Shown piece by piece: positions 1 to 12,133 of a stretch of 64,000 bases of DNA. Numbering within the stretch: the stretch's first letter is position 1; each line of letters begins with the position of its first letter. The stretch covers positions 835,202,001 through 835,266,000 of the forward strand of contig NC_091284.1 in assembly GCF_032444005.1 (NCBI RefSeq). The letters are read 5' to 3'. A program made the translations under genes and the position numbers. The notes beneath the pieces are model-generated. The model made no database searches, was not told the origin of the DNA, and saw only the letters and a program-made list of their open reading frames with translations. Source of the stretch: Ranitomeya imitator (lineage: Eukaryota).

Positions 1-262
1 TTCTCCTCCATCCTCCTCCAGCCCCCCATGTCCTCCCCCACCAGGTTCCTGCCCACCTCCAGACCCCTCTGTTCTCTCTCGTCCATAACGCTTTCCTCCT
101 ATTCCATCCCTCTGCCTGTTCCCATCCACATTATGATTTGTGCTATAATGACAGCGGATCTCCACTCTCAACAGAAAAATTATTATAGTGCAGCAGTCAG
201 GACCGTACGGTGTATTCAGTTTTATATCTCCGGGGGGTGAGACTCGTAGGATCTTACAGCGC

Positions 263-3200
263 TCACCCCCACACTGATGCTGAAAGTGCGCAGCGGGCGG
301 AGAGCGCGGGGCGGGACGAAAGGGATGAGACAGTGGGGGTGGACAGAGTGCGGGAAGAGAGTGCAGGGAGGGACGAGACAGTGGGGGCGGTAAGAGTGTG
401 GGAAGAGAGCACGGGGAGGGACGAGACAGCAGGGGCGGGAAGAAAGCGCGGGGTGATAGGGAGGGGAGGGACGAGAGTGCGCGGGAGGGATGAGACAGTG
501 GTGGCGGGAAGAGAGTGCGGGAAGAGAGTGCGGGGAGGGACGAGACAGTGATGGTGGGAAGAGAGTGCGGGAAGGGATGAGAGCGCGGGGAGGGACGAGA
601 CAGTGGGGGTGGCAAGAGAGCGCGGGGAGGGACGAGACAACAGAGGCGGGAAGAGCGCGGCGTGATAGGGAGGGGAGGGACTAGAGTGCAGGGGAGGGAT
701 GAGACAGTGGGGGCGGGAAGAGAGTGCGGGAAGAGAGTGCAGGGAGGGACGAGACAGTGGGGGCGGTAAGAGTGTGGGAAGAGAGCACGGGGAGGGACGA
801 GACAGCAGGGGCGGGAAGAAAGCGCGGGGTGATAGGGAGGGGAGGGACAAGAGTGTGGGGGAGGGATGAGACAGTGGTGGCGGGAAGAGAGTGCGGGAAG
901 AGAGTGCGGGGAGGGACGAGACAGTGATGGCGGGAAGAGAGTGCGGGGAGGGACGAGACAGTGATGGTAGGAAGAGAGTGCGGGGAGGGATGAGAGCGCG
1001 GGGAGGGACGAGACAACAGAGGCGGGAAGAGAGCGCGGGGTGATAGGGAGGGGAGGGACTAGAGTGCGGGGGAGGGACGAGACAGTGGGGGCGGTAAGAG
1101 TGCGGGAAGAGAGTGCAGGGAGGGATGAGAGCGCGGGGAGAGATGAGACAACAGAGGCGGGAAGAGAGCGCGGCGTGATAGGGAGGGGAGGGACGAGAGC
1201 GCGGGGAGGGATGAGACAGTGGGGGCAGAAAGGGAGTGCGGGAAGAGAGCGCGGGGAGGGACGAGACAGCAGGGGCGGGAAGAGAGCGCGGGGTGATAGG
1301 GGGGGGAGGGACTAGAGTGCGGGGGAGGGATGAGACAGTGGGGGCGGGAAGAGAGTGCGGGAAGAGAGTGCAGGGAGGGATGAGAGCGCGGGGAGAGATG
1401 AGATAGTGGGGGCGGGAAGAGAGCGCGGGGTGATAGGGAGCGGAGGGACGAGAGCGCGGGGAGGGACGAGACAGCAGGGGCGGGAAGAGAGCGCGGGGTG
1501 ATAGGGAGCGGAGAGACGAGAGCGCGGGGAGGGACGAGACAGCAGGGGCGGGAAGAGAGCGCGGGGTGATAGGGGGGGAGGGACTAGAGTGCGGGGGAGG
1601 GATGAGACAGTGGGGGCGGGAAGAGAGTGCGGGAAGAGAGTGCAGGGAGGGATAAGAGCGCGGGGAGAGATGAGATAGTGGGGGCGGGAAGAGAGCGCGG
1701 GGTGATAGGGAGCGGAGGGACGAGAGCGCGGGGAGGGATGAGACAGTGGGGGCAGAAAGGGAGTGCGGGAAGATAGTGCGGGGAGGGATGAGAGTGCGGG
1801 GAAGGGATGAGACAGTGGGGGCGGGAAGAGAGTGCGGAAAGAGTGCGGGGAGGGATGAGAGCGCGGGGAGAGACGAGATAGTGGGGGCGGGCAAAGAGCG
1901 CGGGGTGATAGGGAGGGGAGGGACGAGAGCGCGGGGAGGGATGAGACAGTGGGGGCAGAAAGGGAGTGCGGGAAGAGAGCGCGGGGAGGGACGAGATAGT
2001 GGGGGTGGGAAGAGAGCGCGGGGTGATAGGGAGCGGAGGGACGAGAGCACGGGGAGGGATGAGACAGTGGGGGCAGAAAGGGAGTGCGGGAAGATAGTGC
2101 GGGGAGGGATGAGAGTGCGGGGAAGGGATGAGACAGTGGGGGCGGGAAGAGAGTGTGGGAAGAGAGTGCGGGGAGGGATGAGAGCGCGGGGAGATAGGGA
2201 GGGGAGGGACGAAAGTGCAGGGAAGGGATGAGACAGTGGGGGCAGAAAGGGAGTGCGGGAAGATAGTGCGGGGAGGGATGAGAGTGCGGGGAAGGGATGA
2301 GACAGTGGGGGCGGGAAGAGAGTGCGGAAAGAGAGTGCGGGGCGGGAAGAGAGCGCGGGGTGATAGGGAGCGGAGGGACGAGAGCGCGGGGAGGGATGAG
2401 ACAGTGGGGGCAGAAAGGGAGTGCGGGAAGATAGTGCGGGGAGGGATGAGAGTGCGGGGAAGGGATTAGACAATGGGGGCGGGAAGAGAGTGTGGGAAGA
2501 GAGTGCGGGGAGGGATGAGAGCGCGGGGAGATAGGGAGGGGAGGGACGAGAGTGCAGGGAAGGGATGAGACAGTGGGGGCAGGAAGAGAGTGCGGGGAGG
2601 GATGAGACAGTGGGGGCGGGAAGAGAGTGTGGGAAGAGAGTGCGGGGAGGGATGAGAGCGCGGGGAAAGACGAGATAGTGGGGGCGGGAAGAGAGCGCGG
2701 GGTGATAAGGAGCGGAGGGATGAGAGTGCAGGGAAGGGATGAGACAGTGGGGGCGGGAAGAGAGTGCGGGAAGAGAGTGCGGGGAGGGATGAGACAGTGG
2801 GGGTGGGAAGAGAGTGCAGGAAGAGAGCGTGGGGTGGGACAAGAGTGCAGGGAGGGACGAGACAGCAGGGGCGGGACAAGAGCGCGGGGAGGGACGAGAG
2901 CGCGTGGAGGGACGAGAGCGCGGGGAGGGACGAGAGCGCAGGGAGGGACGAGAGCGCGGGGAGGGACGAGAGCGCGGGGAGGGACGAGAGCGCGGGGAGG
3001 GACGAGAGCGCGGGGAGGGACGAGAGCGCGGGGAGGGACGAGAGCGCGGGGAGGGACGAGAGCGCGGGGAGGGACGAGAGCGCGGGGAGGGACGAGAGCG
3101 CGGGGAGAGACGAGATAGTGGGGGCGGGCAAAGAGCGCGGGGTGATAGGGAGGGGAGGGACGAGAGCGCGGGGAGGGATGAGACAGTGGGGGCAGAAAGG

Positions 3201-4750
3201 GAGTGCGGGAAGAGAGCGCGGGGAGGGACGAGATAGTGGGGGTGGGAAGAGAGCGCGGGGTGATAGGGAGCGGAGGGACGAGAGCACGGGGAGGGATGAG
3301 ACAGTGGGGGCAGAAAGGGAGTGCGGGAAGATAGTGCGGGGAGGGATGAGAGTGCGGGGAAGGGATGAGACAGTGGGGGCGGGAAGAGAGTGTGGGAAGA
3401 GAGTGCGGGGAGGGATGAGAGCGCGGGGAGATAGGGAGGGGAGGGACGAGAGTGCAGGGAAGGGATGAGACAGTGGGGGCAGAAAGGGAGTGCGGGAAGA
3501 TAGTGCGGGGAGGGATGAGAGTGCGGGGAAGGGATGAGACAGTGGGGGCGGGAAGAGAGTGCGGAAAGAGAGTGCGGGGCGGGAAGAGAGCGCGGGGTGA
3601 TAGGGAGCGGAGGGACGAGAGCGCGGGGAGGGATGAGACAGTGGGGGCAGAAAGGGAGTGCGGGAAGATAGTGCGGGGAGGGATGAGAGTGCGGGGAAGG
3701 GATTAGACAATGGGGGCGGGAAGAGAGTGCGGGGAGGGATGAGAGCGCGGGGAGATAGGGAGGGGAGGGACGAGAGTGCAGGGAAGGGATGAGACAGTGG
3801 GGGCAGGAAGAGAGTGCGGGGAGGGATGAGACAGTGGGGGCGGGAAGAGAGTGTGGGAAGAGAGTGCGGGGAGGGATGAGAGCGCGGGGAAAGACGAGAT
3901 AGTGGGGGCGGGAAGAGAGCGCGGGGTGATAAGGAGCGGAGGGATGAGAGTGCAGGGAAGGGATGAGACAGTGGGGGCGGGAAGAGAGTGCGGGAAGAGA
4001 GTGCGGGGAGGGATGAGACAGTGGGGGTGGGAAGAGAGTGCAGGAAGAGAGCGTGGGGTGGGACAAGAGTGCAGGGAGGGACGAGACAGCAGGGGCGGAA
4101 CAAGAGCGCGGGGAGGGACGAGAGCGCGTGGAGGGACGAGAGCGCGGGGAGGGACGAGAGCGCGGGGAGGGACGAGAGCGCAGGGAGGGACGAGAGCGCG
4201 GGGAGGGACGAGAGCGCGGGGAGGGACGAGAGCGCGGGGAGGGACGAGAGCGCGGGGAGGGACGAGAGCGCGGGGAGGGACGAGAGCGCGGGGAGGGACG
4301 AGAGCGCGGGGAGGGACGAGAGCGCGGGGAGGGACGAGAGCGCGGGGAGGGACGAGAGCGCAGGGAGGGACGAGAGCGCGGGGAGGGACGAGAGCGCGGG
4401 GAGGGACGAGAGCGCGGGGAGGGACGAGAGCGCGGGGAGGGACGAGAGCGCGGGGAGGGACGAGAGCGCGGGGAGGGACGAGAGCGCAGGGAGGGACGAG
4501 AGCGCGGGGAGGGACGAGAGCGCAGGGAGGGACGAGAGCGCGGGGAGGGACGAGAGCGCGGGGAGGGACGAGAGCGCAGGGAGGGACGAGAGCGCGGGGA
4601 GGGACGAGAGCGCGGGGAGGGACGAGAGCGCGGGGAGGGACGAGAGCGCAGGGAGGGACGAGAGCGCGGGGAGGGACGAGAGCGCGGGGAGGGACGAGAG
4701 CGCGGGGAGGGACAAGAGCGCAGGGAGGGACTAGAGCGCGGGGAGGGACG
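263..4750. repeat. G/A-rich minisatellite (core 18-mer GGGAGGGACGAGAGCGCG plus variants) with ~1.2 kb higher-order duplication
   Basis: Pure 18-bp units at ~2880-3110 and ~4105-4750. Variant blocks recur at a 1224-bp offset (2627/3851, 2764/3988). ORFs here are repeat artefacts. Confidence 0.95.
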
Positions 4751-5249
4751 CCGTCTTGTTCCCTGCAGTACAGTCTTCGGGTGTCTGTGCTGCGGATAAT
4801 CAGTAAACACCTCTAAGGACACTTTCCCACGGTCAGTAAACGCTGCGGGCCGGACGCTGTGTACTTGTGCTGCGTCCAGACTTTACAATATCCACATGGC
4901 GGTACTAAATGGCAACATAACGTGAGTAAGATGAATATGAGCACTCACTGCTGCTCACTTGCCGGACTATTACCACAGAAAAGCGAAATCTATAGATTGA
5001 CTGCAAGTCACATAGACAGTACCACTATAAATAGTCTCTAACAAAGCATAAGTGGAAAAAATAAAACGTAACTTTTATTGAAACTAAAGCCACACAAAGA
5101 AAAACTAAACCTAACACCCAAGTGAATAAAAACTGGGGCAAAGTCTCAATCGCATGGTATGGTGACCAGGGACTAGTTGTCCCCTCATAGGACTGAACGA
5201 TTCCTCTATAGAATGTTAGAGAAATCAAATAAAACTAGGTTATGACTAA

Positions 5250-6232
5250 GGGTATGTTCACACGTTCAGGATTTCCATCCTTTTTTTTTCAGGACAGTTT
5301 TTTTTAAAAACTGCAGCTCTTGGCAGAAAACGCAGGTCCTTTTTTTGTCCTTTTTTGATGCGTTTTTTGATGCGTTTTTTTATCCTTTTTTTATGCAGTT
5401 TTCTATGCAGAGACTTTCCTAGGAAGCTTTTTAGGGCTAAAATGGCTGAAAATACCCTAACCCTACCCCTAACCCTACCCCTAACCCTACCCCTAACCCT
5501 ATTCTAACCTTAGTGAAAAAAAAAAAAAAAAATTCTTAATTTTTTTATTGTCCCTACCAATGGGGGTGACAAAGTGGGGGGGGTGTCATTTACTATTTTT
5601 TTATTTTGATCACTGAGATATAACCTATCTCAGTGATCAAAATGCACTTTGGAGCGAATCTGCCGGCCGGCAGATTCGGCGGGCGCACTGCGCATGCGCC
5701 CGCCATTTTGCAAGATGGCGGCGCCCAGGGAGAAGACGGCCGGACGGACACCGGGACGCCGGGTAAGTATAAGGGGGGGAGATTAGGGCACGGGGGGGGG
5801 CATCAGAGCACTGGGGGGGGCATCGGAGCACGGGGGGGGGCGGGATCGGAGCACGGGGGGGCAGCCACACTCCGCCCACGCACTTCCGCCCGCTCCCCCG
5901 CACTTCCTGCTGCAGCGGTTCTGCACATCAAATCGCAGTAAAACCCGCAGATATATTTTTGATCTGCGGGTTTTACTGCGATTTTGACCTCACAATGGAG
6001 GTCTATGGGTGCAGAACCGCTGCGGTTCAGGAAAAAGAAGTGACATGCTCCTTCTTTTTTGCCGCAGCTATTCTGCGCGGCTTTTTAAACGAAATTACGG
6101 ATCATGTGCACAGCAGTGACTGTTTTCCATAGGGTTACATTGTTATGTACCCTGCATGGAAAACAGCTGCGGAACCGCAGCGGCAAAACCGCTGCGGTTC
6201 CGCAGTAAAAAACGCACTGTGTGAACATGGCC
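5250..6232. mobile_element. Non-autonomous MITE (PIF/Harbinger-like) with internal TAACCC/TACCCC-type repeats
   Basis: Ends GGGTATGTTCACAC...GTGTGAACATGGCC, with TAA on both flanks (5247-5249, 6233-6235) and internal inverted repeats. Confidence 0.7.
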
Positions 6233-6235
6233 TAA

Positions 6236-7250
6236 AAGAACTGGAGTCGAAAAACCACAAACAACACACAGCGTCCAACCTAGTTATATGAGCAGACAAT
6301 AGAAAAAAACCATCAGAAGTAGCGTATAGTATAAACAGTGCTACTGGTGGCTATATAAATAGTATAAAAAGGAACAATCTCACCAGTTCCACGGTGTAGG
6401 CACAGGAGCGCCGGATGGTCTCTAGTCAGAGGGTGATCCGGTGAGTAAAGGGGACAACAGTCCCTATGTCAGTCCCTATGGGGCTATCAGTAAGCTATCC
6501 CCAAGACTCAGTCCACAGCTACCCCTGTATAAACATGCCCTGCACTCTCCCTGTACAGTCCGTCCCGACGCGTTTCATCCAAGCCAATTCTTCAGGGGAC
6601 TTGCTTGTGCATGGAGACAGAGTGCCTATATGCTAAAACCTACGGATGGATAATATAGGCCTCCATCATAAATATACTACTGCACAAATGTGAACAGGGC
6701 CCAGAGGACTAGATGGCTATAATCGTCCAGGGTAACCGCTAGAACCATGCTAGTGGAACACTAAGCTAACTAAACTTATTTATAAATAGTAGCCATGACC
6801 AAAATCGCTTATCCCGACACCAGGAGAACAACCAGGAAGGTACAAGTGCACCCATGTCATATCAAACAGACCACATAGTGACGATCTCTGTTACCTGGTC
6901 CTGGGCGGTTAGCGGGTGTATACCAGATGTGCGGCCGACACGTCTACCCGACGCGCGTTTCGGAGCTGGTTCGTCAGGGCTTCGTAGGTTCCAGGGTATA
7001 GTGACTAGTGTGATGTAGGGTGCTCACATCACGCATACATCAGCCATCCTGTTATATTGGTGTTTTCTCCCCATACTCACATCGTATATATATGCAATGT
7101 AGGGAGCCAGTGTGTGGTCTACACGCCTTGGTAGTTATATGGTAGTACCTGTATCATGACTTGTACCATTCTCCCATCTGTGTTCCATTTGTGTCATAGT
7201 ATTTTTATAATATTTGTATTTAATAAAGAGTTTTTTATTCGATTATAGTT
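6236..7250. mobile_element. Degenerate retroelement fragment, possibly Penelope-like
   Basis: No ORF. Recurrent GACGCGTTTC motif (~6568, ~6951) and an AT-rich terminus resemble anuran dispersed repeats. Family assignment is from recall only. Confidence 0.3.
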
Positions 7251-7257
7251 ATTCTTG

Positions 7258-7850
7258 TTACAGTATATCCCATGCCTGCCATGCATGGCCAGACGCCTGC
7301 AGCTCACCCACGGACATGTGGCGCGTCTCTCCAGACTGCAGCCAGTCTCCGTACAATGTGTGGGACGTGGTGATTCCGCGCGGTTCAGTGCTCACAGAGC
7401 AGTCGCCCGCGGTCAGTTTGCGGCAGCGGACATGTGCTGCGTCCAGACGTTACAGTATATCCCATGCCTGCCATGTGCGCCCAGACACCTGCTGTTCACC
7501 CACGGACACGGACATGTGGCGCGTCTCTCCAGACTGCAGCCAGTCTCCGTACAATGTGTGGGACGTGGTGATTCCGCGCGGTTCAGTGGTCACAGAGCAG
7601 TCGCCCGCGGTCAGTTTGCGGCAGCGGACATGTGCTGCGTCCAGACGTTACAGCATATCCCATGCCTGCCATGTGCGCCCAGACGCCTGCAGTTCACCCG
7701 CGGACACGGACATGTGGCGCGTCTCTCCAGACTACAGCGAGTCTCCATACAATGTGTGGGACGCGGTGATTCCGCGCGGTTCCGTGGTCACAGAACAGTC
7801 GCCCGCGGTCAGCTTGCGCCAGCGGACATGTTCTGCATCCAGAGCGCTGC
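7258..7850. repeat. Three CpG-rich tandem units of 192-198 bp
   Basis: Unit starts TTACAG(T/C)ATATCCCATGCC at 7258, 7450 and 7648. A diverged related copy lies at ~4820-4900. Confidence 0.9.
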
Positions 7851-8574
7851 CGATATCTGACCGTCTGCACGGACCCTCAGAGGAACATAGGAGGGGATCA
7901 GACTGGAGATCGGGGCTGCGGTCACCCCGAGCCCTGGAGACCCCCAATACTACTAGAGCCCTGCAATAATTGGGGTCTTTCCTCCTGGTACAGAGTGCGG
8001 GGTCCTCTCTGGTGCCACTTACAGCAGATCTATGGGGTCGGACCCCGCTGCCCCCACACAGCAGACCGCCAATATTGGGGCGAAAGCAGAGGACAGGATT
8101 TTAGTAAATCCGGAGCAAGAAATGTCCTTCTGGATTTCCCCCCCCAGGATTCCGCCTGAAGCTGCTGAACCCTCCACAGCTGCGGGTCCGTCACACTGCG
8201 CTGTGCGGAGAGTTCGCTCCATTGTGTCAGTCCGGGGTCACCCGGGGCTGTGGGGTCAGATCCACGCAGGATTTCGCCCAACCTCCCCCCACTGACAGGA
8301 GAAACCTGCACGAGGTCGGCAGAACTACAACCCTCAGCGTGTCCGGGCCTCAGCATGCTGGGATTTGTAGTTTGCAACTGCAGGAAAGCCACGGGCTGGA
8401 AGTCCCAGCTTAAAAGCGTCGCTCAGAGGGGGGTCTTACCTGCAGGCGACCCCCGGTGTCCGGCAGATGTGGAGGAGACGGCCGGCACAGCTCACTGCCT
8501 GCCCGGACACGGCGCCTCCCTGCCCCCCTGTGCCGCCCCCCAGTGCCGCTCCCCCGGGTGGGACGTGTCGGCTC

Positions 8575-9727
8575 CTGCCCCCTCAGCTCTGCCCCCTCAG
8601 CTCTGCCCCTCCACCTCTGCCCCCCCCAGCTCTGCCCCTCCAGCTCTGCCCCTCAGCTCTGCCCCCCCCAGCTCTGCCCCTCCAGCTCTGCCCCTCAGCT
8701 CTGCCCCTCCAGCTCTGCCCCTCCACCTCTGCCCCCTCAGATCTGCCCCTCCAGCTCTGCCCCTCAGCTCTGCCCCCCCCAGCTCTGCCCCCCCAGCTCT
8801 GCCCCCCCAGCTCTGCTCCTCCAGATCTGCCCCTCAGATCTGCCCCTCCAGCTCTGCCCCTCAGCTCTGCCCCCCCCAGCTCTGCCCCTCCAGCTCTGCC
8901 CCTCAGCTCTGCCCCTCCAGCTCTGCCCCTCCAGCTCTGCCCCCCCAGCTCTGCCCCTCCAGCTCTGCTCCTCCAGCTCTGCCCCTCAGATCTGCCCCTC
9001 CAGCTCTGCCCCTCAGCTCTGCCCCCCCCAGCTCTGCCCCTCAGCTCTGCCCCTCCAGCTCTGCCCCCCCAGCTCTGCCCCTCCAGCTCTGCTCCTCCAG
9101 CTCTGCCCCTCAGCTCTGCCCCTCCAGCTCTGCTCCTCCAGCTCTGCCCCCCCAGCTCTGCCCCTCCAGCTCTGCTCCTCCAGCTCTGCCCCCCTCCAGC
9201 TCTGCCCCTCCAGCTCTGCCCCCCCAGCTCTGCCCCTCCAGCTCTGCCCCTCAGCTCTGCCCCTCCAGCTCTGCCCCTCAGCTCTGCCCCTCCAGCTCTG
9301 CCCCTCCAGCTCTGCCCCTCAGCTCTGCCCCTCCAGCTCTGCCCCTCCAGCTCTGCCCCCCCAGCTCTGCCCCTCCAGCTCTGCTCCTCCAGCTCTGCCC
9401 CTCAGATCTGCCCCTCCAGCTCTGCCCCCCAGATCTGCCCCTCCAGCTCTGCCCCTCAGCTCTGCCCCTCCAGCTCTGCCCCTCCAGCTCTGCCCCTCCA
9501 GCTCTGCCCCCCCAGCTCTGCCCCTCCAGCTCTGCTCCTCCAGCTCTGCCCCTCAGATCTGCCCCTCCAGCTCTGCCCCCCCAGCTCTGCCCCTCAGATC
9601 TGCCCCTCCAGCTCTGCCCCTCAGCTCTGCCCCTCCAGCTCTGCCCCTCCAGCTCTGCCCCTCCAGCTCTGCCCCTCAGCTCTGCCCCTCCAGCTCTGCC
9701 CCTCCAGCTCTGCCCCTCCAGCTCTGC
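8575..9727. repeat. 12-14 bp minisatellite (CAGCTCTGCCCCT[C])
   Basis: Directly visible tandem units with variable C-run length. Confidence 0.95.
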
Positions 9728-10003
9728 CGCGCTCGGTTCTGCCTGCAGGCGGCGCACACAATGGCAGCAGTGTCATAAAAAGCCACAGCGGACCCAGAAG
9801 AGGACTCGTGTGTAATCTCACCCGTCCCCTAGATTCCAGGACTATCACCCTCATCAGGCTCCTCTCCGGAGTAACTTTACCATCATCTCTCCATGTACTG
9901 ACCTGCTGCTGCTGCTGCTGCACATCAATCTGAACAAGCAGAGCTGCAGTGTAATGAGGAAGAGCTGGAGCAGCAGCCTGGGGGACCAGACGAGGTCTCC
10001 CTA

Positions 10004-12133
10004 CTAACCAGGACCTTTTCTTTTTTGGGGGCCTCTTTGCTGTCCAGAGCGAGGGGCAGTCTTATTTGAGACCCCATTGATGTCTGGTAGGTTAGTCAGG
10101 GGTCCGCACATCCAGCCAGTGTATATAGGACCTTCCTTGTATGGGTCAGTCACTCTCCTTCTGGCTTTTGCTTTTCCAAGACCATCACCACAGTCCGGCG
10201 GATTCTTCGCTGCCTCTCCGCTGTCCGGCGGGTCTGCGCCTTCCTCACCACTTTCTGGTTGGTCCTTCGCCACCTCACCGCTGTCCAGCGGGTCCGTGCC
10301 TACTTCACCACTTTCTGGTTGGTTCTTCGCCGCCTCACCACTGTCTGGCGGATCTGTGCCTTCCTCACCACTTTCTGGTTGGTCCTTCGCCACCTCACCG
10401 CTGTCCAGCGGGTCCGTGCCTACTTCACCACTTTCTGGTTGGTTCTTCGCCGCCTCACCACTGTCTGGCGGATCTGTGCCTTCCTCACCACTTTCTGGTT
10501 GGTCCTTCACCACCTCACCGCTGTCCAGCGGGTCCGTGCCTACATCACCACTTTCTGATTGGTCCTTCGCCACCTCACCGCTGTCCAGCGGGTCCATGCC
10601 TTCCTCACCACTTTCCGGTTGGTCCTTCGCCACCTCACCGCTGTCCAGCAGGTCCGTGCCTACATCACCACTTTCTGGTTGGTCCTTCGCCGCCTCACCA
10701 ATGTCCGATGGATCTGTGCCTTCCTCACCACTTTCTGGTTGGTCCTTCACCACCTCACCGCTGTCCAGCGGGTCCATGCCTTCCTCACCACTTTCTGGTT
10801 GGTCCTTCGCCGCCTCACCGCTGTCCGGCGAGTCTGTGCCTTCCTCACCACTTTCTGGTTGGTTCTTCGCCGCCTCACCGCTGTCCAGAGGGTCCATGCC
10901 TTCCTCACCACTTTCTGGTTGGTCCTTCGCCACCTCACCGCTGTCCAGCGGGTCCGTGCCTACTTCACCACTTTCTGGTTGGTTCTTCGCCGCCTCACCA
11001 CTGTCTGGCGGATCTGTGCCTTCCTCACCACTTTCTGGTTGGTCCTTCACCACCTCACCGCTGTCCAGCGGGTCCGTGCCTACATCACCACTTTCTGATT
11101 GGTCCTTCGCCACCTCACCGCTGTCCAGCGGGTCCATGCCTTCCTCACCACTTTCCGGTTGGTCCTTCGCCACCTCACCGCTGTCCGATGGATCTGTGCC
11201 TTCCTCACCACTTTCTGGTTGGTCCTTCACCACCTCACCGCTGTCCAGCGGGTCCGTGCCTACATCACCACTTTCTGATTGGTCCTTCGCCACCTCACCG
11301 CTGTCCAGCGGGTCCATGCCTTCCTCACCACTTTCCGGTTGGTCCTTCGCCACCTCACCGCTGTCCGATGGATCTGTGCCTTCCTCACCACTTTCTGGTT
11401 GGTCCTTCACCACCTCACCGCTGTCCAGGGGGTCCGTGCCTACATCACCACTTTCTGGTTGGTCCTTCGCCACCTCACCGCTGTCCAGCGGGTCCATGCC
11501 TTCCTCACCACTTTCCGGTTGGTCCTTCGCCACCTCACCGCTGTCCAGCGGGTCCGTGCCTACATCACCACTTTCTGGTTGGTCCTTCGCCGCCTCACCA
11601 ATGTCCGATGGATCTGTGCCTTCCTCACCACTTTCTGGTTGGTCCTTCACCACCTCACCGCTGTCCAGGGGGTCCGTGCCTACATCACCACTTTCTGGTT
11701 GGTCTTTCGCCACCTCACAGCTGTCCGGCGGGTCCCTGCCTACATCACCACTTTCCGGTTGGTCCTTCGCCACCTCACCGCTGTCCGGCGGGTCCCTGCC
11801 TACATCACCACTTTCCGGTTGATCCTTCGCCACCTCACTGCTGTCCAGCGGGTCCGTGCCTACATCACCACTTTCCGGTTGGTCCTTCGTCACCTCACAG
11901 CTGTCCAGCGGGTGCATGCCTAAATCACCACTTTCCGGTTGGTCCTTCGTCACCTCACAGCTGTCCGGCGGGTCCCTGCCTACATCATCAATTTCCGGTT
12001 GGTCCTTCGCCACCTCACCACTGTTCGGCAGGTCCCTGCCTACATCACCACTTTCCAGTTGGTCCTTCGCCACCTCACAGCTGTCCAGCGGGTCCATGCC
12101 TTCCTCACCACTTTTCGGTTGGTCTTTCGCCAC
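10004..12133 (-). other. 60-bp (2x30) tandem array with an open acidic frame (DPxDSGEVAKDQPESGEEGT)n; possible repeat-coding exon
   Basis: 709-aa ORF with ~33 units of exactly 60 bp and unique open sequence after the array. Plus-strand frames are also open and the 5' edge has indels, so coding status is unproven. Confidence 0.35.

Noticed and set aside
263-4822. 1519-aa and 749-aa ORFs
   Set aside because: Translations of a stop-poor minisatellite, open in several frames on both strands.
5455-5510. Telomere-like TAACCC repeats
   Set aside because: Short, imperfect and internal to a MITE, so not an interstitial telomere.
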